Shown: one piece after another, positions 1 to 11,883 of the stretch
How the letters are laid out: every line of letters starts with the position of its first letter
How positions within the stretch are numbered: position 1 is the first letter of the stretch
Assembly (NCBI GenBank): GCA_009602725.1
Contig: WELB01000009.1
Location: 875,101-922,114 of the forward strand
Direction of reading: 5' to 3'
From: Spirogloea muscicola
Taxonomy: Eukaryota
DNA: 47,014 bases
Made by a program: the position numbers and the translations under genes
Notes under the pieces: generated by a model
Databases searched by the model: none
Seen by the model: only the letters and a program-made list of their open reading frames with translations
What the model was told of the DNA's origin: nothing

Positions 1-2109
1 CCGGCCGCCGCTGGCGCGCCGCGCTGCTCGCCCTCCTGCCGCGGCGCCGGTGAGCCCAGCCGGTCCCTGTGCCGCGGCCGCCGCTGCCTGGCTAGGTCCC
101 AGGGCTTTTGGGTTCAGAGCGTTGGTGGGCGCCCACAAACGCCGTCGTCGGCGGCCAGCGCCACTGAAGCAGCGGTCGTGGCGTTGGCGGCAGGCGCCGC
201 GGCGACGGCGGCAGGGATCCCGCGCGGGTCCCTGCGGCGTTGCCGCCGAGGGCCGCCGCCGCGCGGCAGCTGCTGCTGCTGGCCTGCGAGCGGCGGCCGG
301 CGCTCGTGGCCTCCGCGCTGGCCACCGACGCCCGCCTCCTCCGCCGCTTCTTCACCGGTGAGGTGCCCGGCTGCTGTTGCTTTGGAGTTTGAATTCAGGG
401 TCTAGACTCCAACTCCGGAGACAATGATAGACAAATGAGAATATATTTGGTGGCTATCAAGAGACTCCCCATTGGGGCAAGTGCTTAGAAAGTATGTACA
501 TAGGGCTCAGACTAGGGACAATCAATCGCAAATCACGTTGCGGATCTCCAGCCTCGTCTCATGTCTGGCCCCAAGGGCTGCTCGCGCTCCTGCGGCCGCG
601 GCGGCACTTCTTCTGACATGCCGGGACTTCCTCTCGCGTCGACCCCAGAGCGCCCGGAGCGGGCGCTGCAGTGGTTTGGTGCCTTCTCGGCAGGCGGCGG
701 AGGACACCAGCACGGCGCGCTCGCTCTCTCGCGCTTCGCCTTCAAGCACCGGGACGAGCACTGGCACCTGCTCGCCTGGGCTGGCCCACACGCACACTCG
801 CCCGTGCTCGCAGCGTCCAAGCCGCAGCTCTTCTATGAGCTCGACGTTGCCACCACTGTGCGTGCCCTCCTGGTCTACGCGCCTGACTTCTGGTCATCAC
901 CAGAGCTCCATGACTCGCTTGTGGGCGGCACGCTCGTTGCGCTGGACAGTGAGTTCTTCGCTGGCGAGTTCGCGGCACGACTGGCAGCCGGCAACGCCGA
1001 GGCTTGGGAACTCGCTAGCTCTTACCTGCGTGAGGAGACCGAGTATGGCTTGCTATGCCGGCGGCTGCTCCCGCTCGTGGATGACGCTGACCTCCTGGCG
1101 CTGCTGAATGCTGTGGCCGCCCCTGCCGATAATGGCCGCAGCGAAGAGGCGACGCCGGCAGGCGCCCTTCTGGAGGCAGCAGTCCTGTGCGGCGTCACGT
1201 GGAGTTCCTATGGTGAGGCGGTCTTCTGCAATGCCGTAGCACTGCACCGCCGGCAACTACAGCGGCTGCTGAACGAGGACGCCGTCGGCGGCGATGGCGT
1301 CGGCGGCATGGCTGTGGAGGCCAATGACAGGGCTGCACTGGTAGTGGGGTCAGATGACACTGTGGCGCACTGGAACCTGGCGCAGCGGCTGGCGGGCTAC
1401 GCGCCAGGCAAGGCGCGGCGGCTCCTGGAGCTGGAGGCGTGGGCGGTGTGGTCGCGGCTCGCTGCTGCTGCTGTGGCGGCATCGCACGATGGTGGCACCA
1501 CATTAGCAGGCTGCCTCACAGCTGCGGGTGTGGCGTTCAGCCGCGTCGGTGTAGCAGGCGTGACAGCAGACGACGCCAGCGGCAGCAGGGAACCAGCAGG
1601 CAAGGCGGCAGGGCGGCAGCAGCACTGGGAGGATCGGCAGCGACGGAAGCGTGCCCGGGAGAAGAACCGACAGCAGCGTCGGCGGCGGCGGAAAAAGCGC
1701 CGACGTAGCAGTGGCAGACCCGCCACAGACTCCACCAGCAGCAGCAGCAGTGACCGTTGTAACGACGACAGCGGTGGCAACGGCGGCGACAAAGGCAGCA
1801 GTGGCGAGGACGGAGAGGGCGGGGCCGAGGCCCGGAGCGGGGGCAGCCTGCAGGGCTGGTCGCTGTCCACTGACAGCCACAGCCTGCTCTGGCCCTCAGT
1901 GAGCACCATGATCACCTCGACAGCCTCCATTGCATAGCACCGCAGCTGAGCTTCTGCCACAGCACTGTGTCGGGCATCTGAGCAACTCGGCCATACTGAC
2001 GCCGCGGCGTGGCTGACGGCCGCAGGCAGAAGTCCCCGACCAAGTCGCGGATGCGGCACTCCTGGCCTGGCTCCATTGGGATGCTGCCCGCCGGTCAGAC
2101 TCAGCATGA
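1..2109 (+). CDS. Conserved uncharacterised streptophyte protein, 5'-partial, spliced (exons ~<1-49, ~215-357, 649-1898, 2026-2109)
   Basis: Phase-consistent GT-AG joins give ...AARQLLLLACERRPALVASALATDARLLRRFFT|ERPERALQWFGAFS...HGALALSRFAF...PVLAASKPQLFYELDV...PDFWSS...WSLSTD...|AEVPDQVADAALLAWLHW...*. From memory this resembles a conserved plant unknown protein (AT5G48340-like, unverified). It has an R/K-rich tract near the C-terminus. Confidence 0.7.
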
Positions 2110-2872
2110 CTCGGCTGCTTCGCCGTGAGACTGATAGCTTGCCCAGTTTTCCAGTCGACCTTCTCAGCTCAATGGGCAGCACTCGTCACGGCCTGTAGCC
2201 TTTGCGCCTGTTTTTCACACAGAATCTTGGATTGTGCGTTTCTGCATCGTACGTATGCGATGTGTTGAATGCACCTCATGGTCCATGCGACATCAATATT
2301 CTTCTATGTTCATTAATTACCGGGGCTCCATGTTGCTGTCGACTAGTGATTCGTTCTATTATGCCGCTATGATCATAACAAGAACCACGCAGCACAGCTG
2401 CACTGAAGGCAAATATAGAATTGTGAAACTCCGACCAGAAAGACATGCAAAGATCGGCGGCGAACTGCGCCTGCAAGATGGACCAGCAGGTCCAGGACAT
2501 TCACGGAGCAGCTGCCTAAGAGCACCTCCATGCATCCTGAGACCTGCTTCGCAGCGGTGCTACTAAGGGGCCCCACTTGCACTCGCCTTGTGGGGTTTAA
2601 CTGAAGTGTTGTGGGGGACAGGAGTGTGGATATATAAACCGGGGACATACGGGCCTATCAGCATGCGTAAGAGCAACTAGCAATGAGTGTAATGGACAGC
2701 CTTGGGTGCAAGGGAAGGAGGAACTACGACATCGTCAGAGTTGAAGGCCGAGCACCAAGATCTTGGGCGGGAGAGCATGTTCCTGCTTAGTGAAACATAA
2801 CCGTAGCACTTTGCTGCCTGCCAAGCAACACACGCTGGCGCCATCTATGTGGCATCGCGGTTCCTAGGAGCC

Positions 2873-4470
2873 TCAGTTGAAGGTAGAGAGTCGGGCGAGC
2901 TTGTCGCGCAGGTAGTACAGCTTGGCGCGTCGCACCTTGCGCTGGTCCACGACCTTGATCTCCTTAATATTTGGCGAATACCTGAAAGATTGTGGCAGCC
3001 AATGTGGCATTATGAAATGAGGGCCTGCAGCAGGACATACACGCCCTCAACCGTGTTGGAAACTTGGCATGAGGGCTGAAAAGCTCACAGTGGAAAGACC
3101 ATCTCAACGCCGACGCCGGCCAGTATCCGACGGATGCGGAACGTCGTATTGATGCCGGCATTGCGGCGGGAGATCACGATGCCACGCAACAGCGACACGC
3201 GGCGCTTGTTCTCGGGCACCTCCTGCAGGAAAGCCCAACACAGCAGGAAGCAATGAAGCCCCAATGTGGCCACTCCAACAGATTTAATCCTGCCCCACTT
3301 GAGCAGCATGACACTTGAGCAACATGACAGCGGGAGCTCTAGGACCCCCGAGATGACCCTCCTGTGCCCATCTTCGCCGGCTGAGGTCTTTGGTGGCAGC
3401 TGTACCACTCTAAGCTGCAGCACGTCGCCGGGGCGGATGTCCGGGATCTCGCGGCCCTGGAGGCTGGCCTCCACCGCCTCCTTGTTGAGGATCTGCCAAA
3501 CATGGAGTCACCAGAGTGGCAGAGCGTGGTGTCAAAGGCGGAGCCATGCATATATGGAGGTCATCTGAGCGCCCTGCCACATTAACATGGCGCAGCCACC
3601 AGAAGTGCTGGAGCACAGCCGCGGTGGTCTTGCCAGTACAAGTTCGAAGTGCACTGGGAAGCGCCATCAATGGTGGGAAGGGTGGCCGCCACGTACATTC
3701 ATGATGTGCTTGACTTGCTTCGTCAGCGCCTTGGTCTTCATAGGCGCCACGGGGGCCTCGCCACCGCCCATGGCGGGCTCCTCGGCTGCGACACCGTCGG
3801 CCGCCTCTGGAGCACCCGCCTCGAGCAGATCGCCCGCGTCCTCGGTGGCGGCGGCGGAGGCCACGGCATCGGCAGCCACCGGATCGGCGACAGAGACCGC
3901 GTCGTCGGCGGCGGCGGCGGCGGCGGCGGCGGCTCTCGCCGGAGCCTGGCGGCGCGGCGCCTCGCGGGGCCGCAGCGCGGCCGTCGCGACTGTGTGCTCG
4001 GCAATGGCGGAGGCGTCAGCGGCGGCCCGTCGAGTGGAGCCCCGACAAAGGAATGGTTAGATGGGGGACTACGGGTTACATGGAGGACTGATAAATGGGA
4101 ACCATGGCCCGACCTGGACGAGAGGGCGCCACGAAGGACGGCCGCCGGAAGGCCGGCGACGCCGCGGAGCGCAGCCGGGCCGCCGAGGCGGCCCGCAGCG
4201 CGGCCTTGAGCGTGGCGCCCGAGTGCGCGACCTGCTCGCCGGCAACTCCCCGACGGCGGGTCAGGTCTCCAGAGCCCCAGCGCGACGGCTGCGACGGCGG
4301 CAGACAGGGCGAGACGCGAGCCCGCAAGAAGCGCCGCGCTGCGCGGGCGTCCATGGCGGCGACTGGCTGGACTAGAGGCGGGGCCCCCTGCGGCGGCGCG
4401 GCGGCGGCGGCGGGCTCACCAGGGACGTTGCTCGGAGGCACACGGCGCCGAGGACCGCCGCCTGCGCCAT
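2873..4470 (-). CDS. RPL19: Organellar (probably plastid) 50S ribosomal protein L19 (bL19) with transit peptide; 6 exons: 4420-4470, 4114-4231, 3697-3989, 3406-3492, 3089-3222, 2873-2981
   Basis: Spliced product contains [55 protein letters not shown] and [13 protein letters not shown], all bL19 signatures. All introns are GT-AG and phase-consistent. The N-terminus is Ala/Ser/Arg-rich. Confidence 0.93.
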
Positions 4471-4502
4471 GGCGCCTTCCGCGGCCCCCGCCGCGCTCCG
4501 CC

Positions 4503-4738
4503 NNNNNNNNNNNNNNNNNNNNNNNNNNNNNNNNNNNNNNNNNNNNNNNNNNNNNNNNNNNNNNNNNNNNNNNNNNNNNNNNNNNNNNNNNNNNNNNNNN
4601 NNNNNNNNNNNNNNNNNNNNNNNNNNNNNNNNNNNNNNNNNNNNNNNNNNNNNNNNNNNNNNNNNNNNNNNNNNNNNNNNNNNNNNNNNNNNNNNNNNNN
4701 NNNNNNNNNNNNNNNNNNNNNNNNNNNNNNNNNNNNNN
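4503..4738. other. Assembly gap within the RPL19/SUMO divergent promoter
   Basis: Run of N. Confidence 1.
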
Positions 4739-4783
4739 CGAGCGCGCCCGCGGCGTGCGAGCGAGCCGGCGAGCGAGGCTGCC

Positions 4784-5592
4784 ATGGGCGACGAGTACGC
4801 CACCGGCGGCGTCGGCGGCGGCGTCGGCGGCGGCGGCGGCGGCGAGGACGAGAAGAAGCCCGCTGGCGATCAGAGCCAAAGCCACATCAATCTCAAGGTC
4901 AAGTCCCAGGTAAAACACTGCTGCCCCGTCCTTGGGAGAGCGTTCCGCTGCAACTGCAGTGGCAGTGTTGGTGGCTCCTCGCTGGCTCACTGGATGCCAG
5001 TCAAACCCTACAACAACCTGGGTGTGCGCTAGTTGCATCTGGCAGCCACCCGTGCCGCATATCTGGTAGGCTAGTAGCGACTCTTGACATACTCGCTTGG
5101 TATTTCCGGTCTTCAGATTGCTGCTCTTGGATGTGCTACCCTGTTGGACTGACTACATAGCTTCAATTGAAGTGCAGGATGGATCGGAGGTCTTTTTCCG
5201 CATCAAGTCTACTGCCACCTTCAAGAAACTCATGACAACCTACTGCGATAGGCAGAGTGTAGCGATGGATTCGATTGCTTTCCTGTTTGACGGAAGGCGC
5301 CTTCGAGCAGAACAAACTCCCTCTGAGGTGTGTTTTCTGAATTGTTTTAGTCTGTCATTGAGCACTGTGTCCAGGTGTCTCTAGTCCTGCACCAAAAACT
5401 GCTTGCTTAGACAGTTGCAGTCTACTTCCCATATTCCCGTGTTTTGATATGTAGACCTGAGCATCTGTCGATGAAGCCCAAATTGTCCTGTTGGCTGAGC
5501 TAACTTCCATTTGTATGGTTGAATTGTTACAGCTAGAAATGGAAGATGGTGACGAGATTGATGCGATGCTGCACCAAACAGGAGGCGCTTGA
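4784..5592 (+). CDS. SUMO: Small ubiquitin-like modifier (SUMO); exons 4784-4909, 5178-5327, 5533-5592
   Basis: [19 protein letters not shown]...[35 protein letters not shown]. Di-glycine motif with a one-residue C-terminal extension. Confidence 0.96.
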
Positions 5593-6572
5593 CTTTGTTG
5601 CCAAGCAATTTGCCTTTGCTCCTTGACCACCAGCCTGACTTGAGCCTGCTGCCCATATCACCAGCCTGAGTTGAGCTACCTGTGATGAATCTGGCCTCTT
5701 GAGGGTCCGGAACGAGCCCAACAAGGCTTCATGTATACTTTGGTCAACGCAGCCTTTCACAGTTGTGCATAGAATGATGACCTGGAGAGAGGGCAGCAAG
5801 CAGTAACAGGGCTTCAAGTGATTGTCTCAGTTGACGCGGGTTGCAGAAGTATTTTCAACTGGGTTGCAACACAGTTGTGCAATCTCTTTGCTCTGGGCCG
5901 GAAAGAAGCCTAAGATGTGGTAATATTGCGAAACTGCGCACATCAGCTTGTCAAGCATGCAATTGCTGGGACAGGACCCCAATGTAATACAGGAGTTTAT
6001 ACTGCCTGCACAGGAGGCCGTCGACAAGGAAGAGCTGTGCATAGTCCAGAGTAAGAAGATGCTCACAGGCTGCGCAGCATTCCATGGCCCTTTCACAGCC
6101 CGCTCGCCTTTTGTAGAGCGCTCCACTCATGGCCCAATCGATGACTGTGCTTGACAAGGGCAATGGAAAGGCCAGCAACCATCGCCGCCGCCGTTACGGC
6201 CAGTGCTGGCTCGACCAGAACGTGGCCTGTCGCAATGCCGATTCAATGTCAGGTGAGAGCCACTCGGCAGGATGCGGCGGACCTCGAGGGGCGGAAACGT
6301 AACCTAGCCTTAGTTGGCGGCCCTCCCCTCTTATCCAGCTAACTCCTCGTCAACTCCTCGACAGACTCCTCCCACCTCCGCGTCGGCTGCGGGTCGTGTG
6401 GAGCGCGGCGCCAAGCTTGCCAGCAACGGCGGGGCAGTCCCAGTCCCAACAATTGCCCGCTAACTTGTCAATAGACCACTCCCCAACCGCGACACTCCGG
6501 CGCGGCGGCGCAGGTGCGGGCGCTCGGCCGGCGTGCGGCCACCGGCTTGGCGGCGACGAGCGCTGGCTCGTG

Positions 6573-9500
6573 ATGATGGCTGTGGCTGGCGGAATGACTT
6601 CGGACACCTCGCCGGCATCTGGAGCGCGGCAAGCCCCCGGCTGCACACAGAGCGCCAGCTACAGGCTGCGGGGGCTCCCTTCCAGCAATGTCAGTGCCGT
6701 GGTGGATGCCGCTAAAGCGTATTGCAGGCTCTTGCTGGCCACACATCGTTGACAGGCACTCTGGTGGTCACTTTCTTGAACCCCTAAGTAGCTTCGCTGG
6801 ATGCCCTGTGAACGAGTTTGAGCTACTCATCGGTCCTCACATGCTTTTCTGCTTGGTCATATCACAGAGCTCGTCGCTCAGCACAGCAACACGCAGCTCT
6901 GTCCGAGTCCTGCCGCAGTGGTACTCTTTGCCTGCCGGCATTCGATTATCTGCATTTGCTAAACAGACAGGACAGAGAAGAAAAGGTTTCGGCAAAGAGG
7001 CTGTCAAGAAAGACTTGGTAGGCACCTCAATTCAAAGAGCTGAAGCACTATGACAAAATGCTGAAAGGATGAAATTTCCTTTTGTCTACTTGTCTTTCTA
7101 TGCAGTGGAGGTATTGCATACTATTTTTGCATGCAGCATTTAGAAATAGCCTGGTCAGGGTAAGGATAGACGTGAAATCTCAAGAAGGTGCCCGCCAGTA
7201 ATAAGTATAACATTTGCATAACTAGAGCAAGAAACTCTCAAGACCTTCTACGCCATTGTTCGAAGCTCTTGACCAAGAAGTAGTACCGACGTGTTTAAGC
7301 ATGCAGAAGGAGAAGAGCGCTCCTTCTCGCGGCAAGGAAGACTGGGATGCATCGGCACAGTAAGTCGCCCTTGGCCTGATGAAGCTCTCATGCCTATCAC
7401 AATCTTGGGAAGGGTGCACCAAAAAGTCACACAGCTTGCATGCACTGTCTGCTGTGTAGGAAAGTCTTGGAAGGGCAACAGCAGCAAGCTTCAAAGCCAC
7501 TGCAACTTGCAGGTATTCATGATTGATGATTCTGTATTGAAAGCTAGGGTGCTAGTGATCAATCATCGTGCCAGCAGTACTGCATCAACTACTTCTACTG
7601 TCTTTGCTCTTGTTTGTTCTGTCGGTTTGCTTTCTTTCTACATCGAACACAACCACTATCTGTCAGCCCATCCAATTGGTCGTACTGTCCAGTAATATCC
7701 AGCATCTAATCCGGTCTTCTAAATATCCACGTTTGATATTACTGGTGTTGTCATTTGAGTTATATGCAAAGCAAGACAAGACACAATACACGAGACACAC
7801 ACACTAATGTGAGATTGATTTATGAAGGTCCTGGACAAGCCCCAGACCTGCTGAGGAATGCAGACGTTTTGGAGAATGTAGCAGTAAAAGAAGATAGGAC
7901 ATTTGAGGAGCGCTTGGCTGCCTTAAAAAGGTATATCGCTTATAGTCTGTATGATAGATATGCTTAATCTGACACCTGACAATAAGTGGTCAAGAAAATC
8001 CAGCGTGTGTGCTTTGCTGATACTTGTATATATACAATGACAATTGTTTGCTTGGTTTTCAAAAGCACAGCTTGAGAATAATTGCCAGCGCACTGATGCT
8101 TATATAGTCTCTTCAGTTGGACCTGACTGGATTCTCGAAATGTTCTCTACTGGCAGCTCTGTTGCTGAGAAAGAGAAGACGGCTGCTTCTCAAGTATTTG
8201 CACCCATTGATTATGATGCTCCGCCTTCAAAGACTTCCAGTGATGCTGGCTGGACAGATAATCTTGGGGCTAAGGTGTGGCCCTAAGTACCTGTCTTTGT
8301 GACATTGCGGGCTCGCCAGTAACAAAGTGAGACATACATGTCTTGTCAGAATATTCACATGCTAATTCAATATGCCCTCTTCTTCAATCCTGCACCAGAA
8401 GTAGATACCAGATTCTAGATTCTGATTTCAACTCCCGAACTTAGCCTGCTCTCTACCCAAGCTTACATGTGTTTTATACCAGCTATCATGCTCATCTGCA
8501 ATCTTTTTAGCCTCATCGAACGAGGTCATGGATTGAGGAGTTTGATTATGCAATGCGGCAGATTGGCATTGGAGTAGCAGCCACCTTCTTTGGGCTTCTC
8601 TTTGCTTTTGGAGACATCTTACCTTCTCAAGTGTATGTAGCTGCAGGCTAAGTCTACTTAGCACTACCTGTCCTGGCTTGCTTGTGCCTTTCCTGTATAT
8701 AAAGTCAGGGATCTGATGCCTTTTCCCTGGTAGACCAGAACATTCTCTCATACTCGTCAATCTTTACATCTCTGTCATAGGCCTCAGAGAGACTTGAGTC
8801 CTGCAGAAGCCAAGCTCACAGATGCTGAGAAGGCCACATTACAGGTTCCCATTTTTAGGAGCTCCATATCTTGACTTGCTCAATCTAGTCTTCTCCATGA
8901 CATGCTTGTGTGCTACAAGCTGCAACTCATAGTCTATGTTGAGTAGGTTAGTAGCAACTCTAAGCAGATATCCAAGCTGCCCAAACTCAGGATCTGCGCC
9001 TCACGACATTGTTAGCTTGGCAGGAGCAATTGGCAAGATATGAGGCCATGCTAGCAATCTCATCCACTGATGCAGAAGGTCTGGAGGTAAGAATAGTTCT
9101 TGCATACTGCAAAAAAAGGCTTTCCTTGATGAAGTAATGATGAAGATGAGCAGGCAGGCCTGACTGCTGTCAGATCACAAGAAAGTATGTGTCATAGGTT
9201 GGCTCACGTTGATGTTGCAGCATTTTAGGGGGCTGCTGTTAGCAGTGCGGAACTTGGGGACTATACCAAAGCAGCAGAGTATCTGACTGAGCTGATTAAG
9301 GTTTGCTTCACGGCTTTCTCGGCCTGCTTGCAAGTGGTACACATCAGCGACTCCACCTTGAGTAGTAGTCTTCTGGCAAACCTCCACAGTATCACGTAGC
9401 ATGGGTCTCAAATGATGTAATAAGGGGTAGAGGCCATTGATGCTTGCTTGCAGGGGTGATATACTTGCAGATGAAACCAGATGACCCTGAAGCTTTGAAA

Positions 9501-10912
9501 TTACTAGCTGAAGTGCGTAGTGCCCAAAAAGACTACAAGGCCAGTGCTGATACATACAGGCAGGCAGCCAAGGTAGGGAGGGTTCTGGAATGTCAAAGTT
9601 TGTTGACATTCCTGAGTATGCACGTGAGACGTGAGAATGTCTGCTTGTAGGAATTTGTGCTGCTTGGGCAGGGTGCTAGGCATATCATCAAGGTCCTTGA
9701 ATTATAGCGAGTTGGCAAATGTAACAGAATGGAGTGCACCTTGGCAGGCATCCGCTGGGGAGTCAATTGTCCTCCTGCGTGGTTTAACTGATGCGCTTCT
9801 TGCTGATGGGAGACCACAAGATGTATGTCAGTTGGTCATACTATTGTGCTCTATCCAGACAGTGCACTTAACTCAACAATGATGCTTGAGATTATGAAGT
9901 TTATTCCAAGTCTTTAGAGAAGGTCATTGCTGGTACTCTGACAACTTGTATCAATCCTCAGGCAGTCGGAGAGCTACTAGCTACCAGGGCAAGGTTGAGG
10001 GCTCAGCTCTTTACTCAAGACGAGGCATCCACTACAAAGCCGGCAGCCGAGAAGTTTGACACTGTCCAGGTGCTCAATGACCTCTCGTCAGCATTCAGGG
10101 TTGTGCTGACAGCCGCTAAGAGAAGAGCTTAATCAAAATTGGCCTTCCGCCTGCACAATGGTGTTATGCGTAGCATTGTTCCAGCCTGAGATGCTCTTGC
10201 TTGCCTCCTTCCATCCATGTCCAGCTGGGGTTGCTGCTTGGCAAGGCGTACTCCGCCTGGGGCAAAGCAGGTGACGCTGCCGCTGTGTACGACGGGCTGA
10301 TTGTGTCCAAGCCAGAGGACTTCAGGGGGTACCTGGCAAGGGTACGAGCATCTCAGAGGACCGGCAGTAGCTCCAAATGAGTATGCAGAGATATGACAAC
10401 GTCGAGTAGAGCATGTGTTTATCTTGTTCATGAGGTCAAGGCACAGGAGGCCTCTGCTTCCTATACTAATCAGAAATCCACTGTTCAGACGAGCAGCACA
10501 CCTTGCAAGGGCTTACTTGTCCTTCCTTTGCACAACATGCACGGACTGTAGATGGCCTAGTGTTGTTCATACATGCGCTCGTCGACCTCAGCCATCAGCT
10601 TTGTCCTGCAGGGCGTGCTACTGAAAGAGCAGGGGAAGAAGGGAGATGCGGAGCGCATGTTCGTTCAGGTGGGGCAACAGTCTTTTCTGGTAACACTTGC
10701 TGGCGGTGAAGATTTGTTTGCATGTGCCTGGTGATGCTTGGCTGTGGCATGCTCTGCTTCTTAATGAGTGTACGAGCCATTATGCCGCTAACTCGTGAGA
10801 CTTTTATTGACTAGCTCATGCTTGATGTTCCTTGTCACAGGCCCGCTTTCTGGCGCCAGAGCAGGCCAAAGGTTTCGTTGATAGGCTCTCTGGCAGAGAG
10901 ATCTTTCAATGA
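6573..10912 (+). CDS. Plastid-type TPR-repeat protein with one transmembrane segment (Arabidopsis At1g78915 / cyanobacterial Pitt-like, from memory); multi-exon, start approximate
   Basis: Exonic peptides FEERLAALK, FAPIDYDAP, hydrophobic IGIGVAATFFGLLFAFGD, PDDPEALKLLAEV, LLLGKAYSAWG..DAAAVYDGLI..PEDFRGYLA, GDAERMFVQ|ARFLAP...*. Exon 1 (6573-6689) joins exon 2 (6868-7017) in phase. Confidence 0.82.
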
Positions 10913-11883
10913 GCTTCTCCACAAAGGCATGCAGCCGTAGCTGCTACTAGCTCAATGGCCATGAGGCACCTTAACTGAGCTTCACCATGAAGCCATGCAG
11001 CCCATAGGTGCTGCTTACAAGCTCAGTGACCGCGAGGCCGTGCATAGAGACGCGCTAAGGCGTGGACTGCGATTGGGCACCTGGCTGACATTGCACAGCA
11101 GGATTGCCAAGCTGGCATTACTTGTTGGTCGCTGCGGTCCTTGGGAAACTTGGCAACAAGATTGGGTCTTCGGCAAAGAGGCCCGTAAACTTCAATGTTG
11201 CTTGATTTTTCGCTGCTGCCATTCGTGTTTTCTAAATCTAGATCACTTGCATTCACCACAATTGATTGTCATCTTTTGCGGATTTTGCCAGCCATGTTCC
11301 TCTTCTGTTCTCCACAGCCGTCAACAGAAGCAAACACCAGATAAGCAGGAGCTGACTAGCACTTAGTTCGACTTTAAGCGACGGGCTGCTCCATCATACT
11401 AAGTCGCCCTTCAAACATGCTGCAAAGTAGATGTCCTCCTGTGCTTATCAGTAGCTAAGGATGCCTGCTGAGTCCTGCAGCGAGTGAGAGGCAGGCCTGA
11501 ACACAGGCTGCTGTGAAGGTCAGCAAGCGTGGCGCACTGCATATATGGCAGCTCCAGTTCTCCGACCAGTTGGCTCATGCTTCATTACGCGCATACTCAA
11601 TGAACTCAACACGACCTTCTGCATTTCATACTGTGATAGCTTGCAAGCCAGGGCTCCTGACGTAAGTCCCAGTCCAATTTCAGGCTCCTCAGCAAAAAGA
11701 GGAAGAAGGTCAGCAGGACAACATTGCGGCTGTGGCGGATGTGCTTTCTGTCAATCTGAGGTTATATCATAAGTTCTGTATGAGCTGCCCCATAAACAGG
11801 AAGGCTGGTTGTGGATTGTGGATTGTGTGTTGAGTGTTGTGGACTGTGGATTCTGCAGGGTGACGACCTGCAGCCAGCAAATG

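Noticed and set aside
4076..5038. Long ORFs spanning X runs (also 35928-36957)
   Set aside because: Artefacts of translating through N gaps.
6244..6262. Shared TCAATGTCAGGT 12-mer with ~25637
   Set aside because: Too short to distinguish from chance with only two occurrences.
9136..9175. C-box-like ATGATGA and CTGA in a TPR-gene intron as a C/D snoRNA
   Set aside because: The boxes are too close together, and there is no terminal stem or recognisable rRNA guide.
11810..11852. TGTGGAT-like heptamer repeats as interstitial telomere
   Set aside because: They do not match TTTAGGG-type repeats and form a short degenerate simple repeat in the makorin 3' region.
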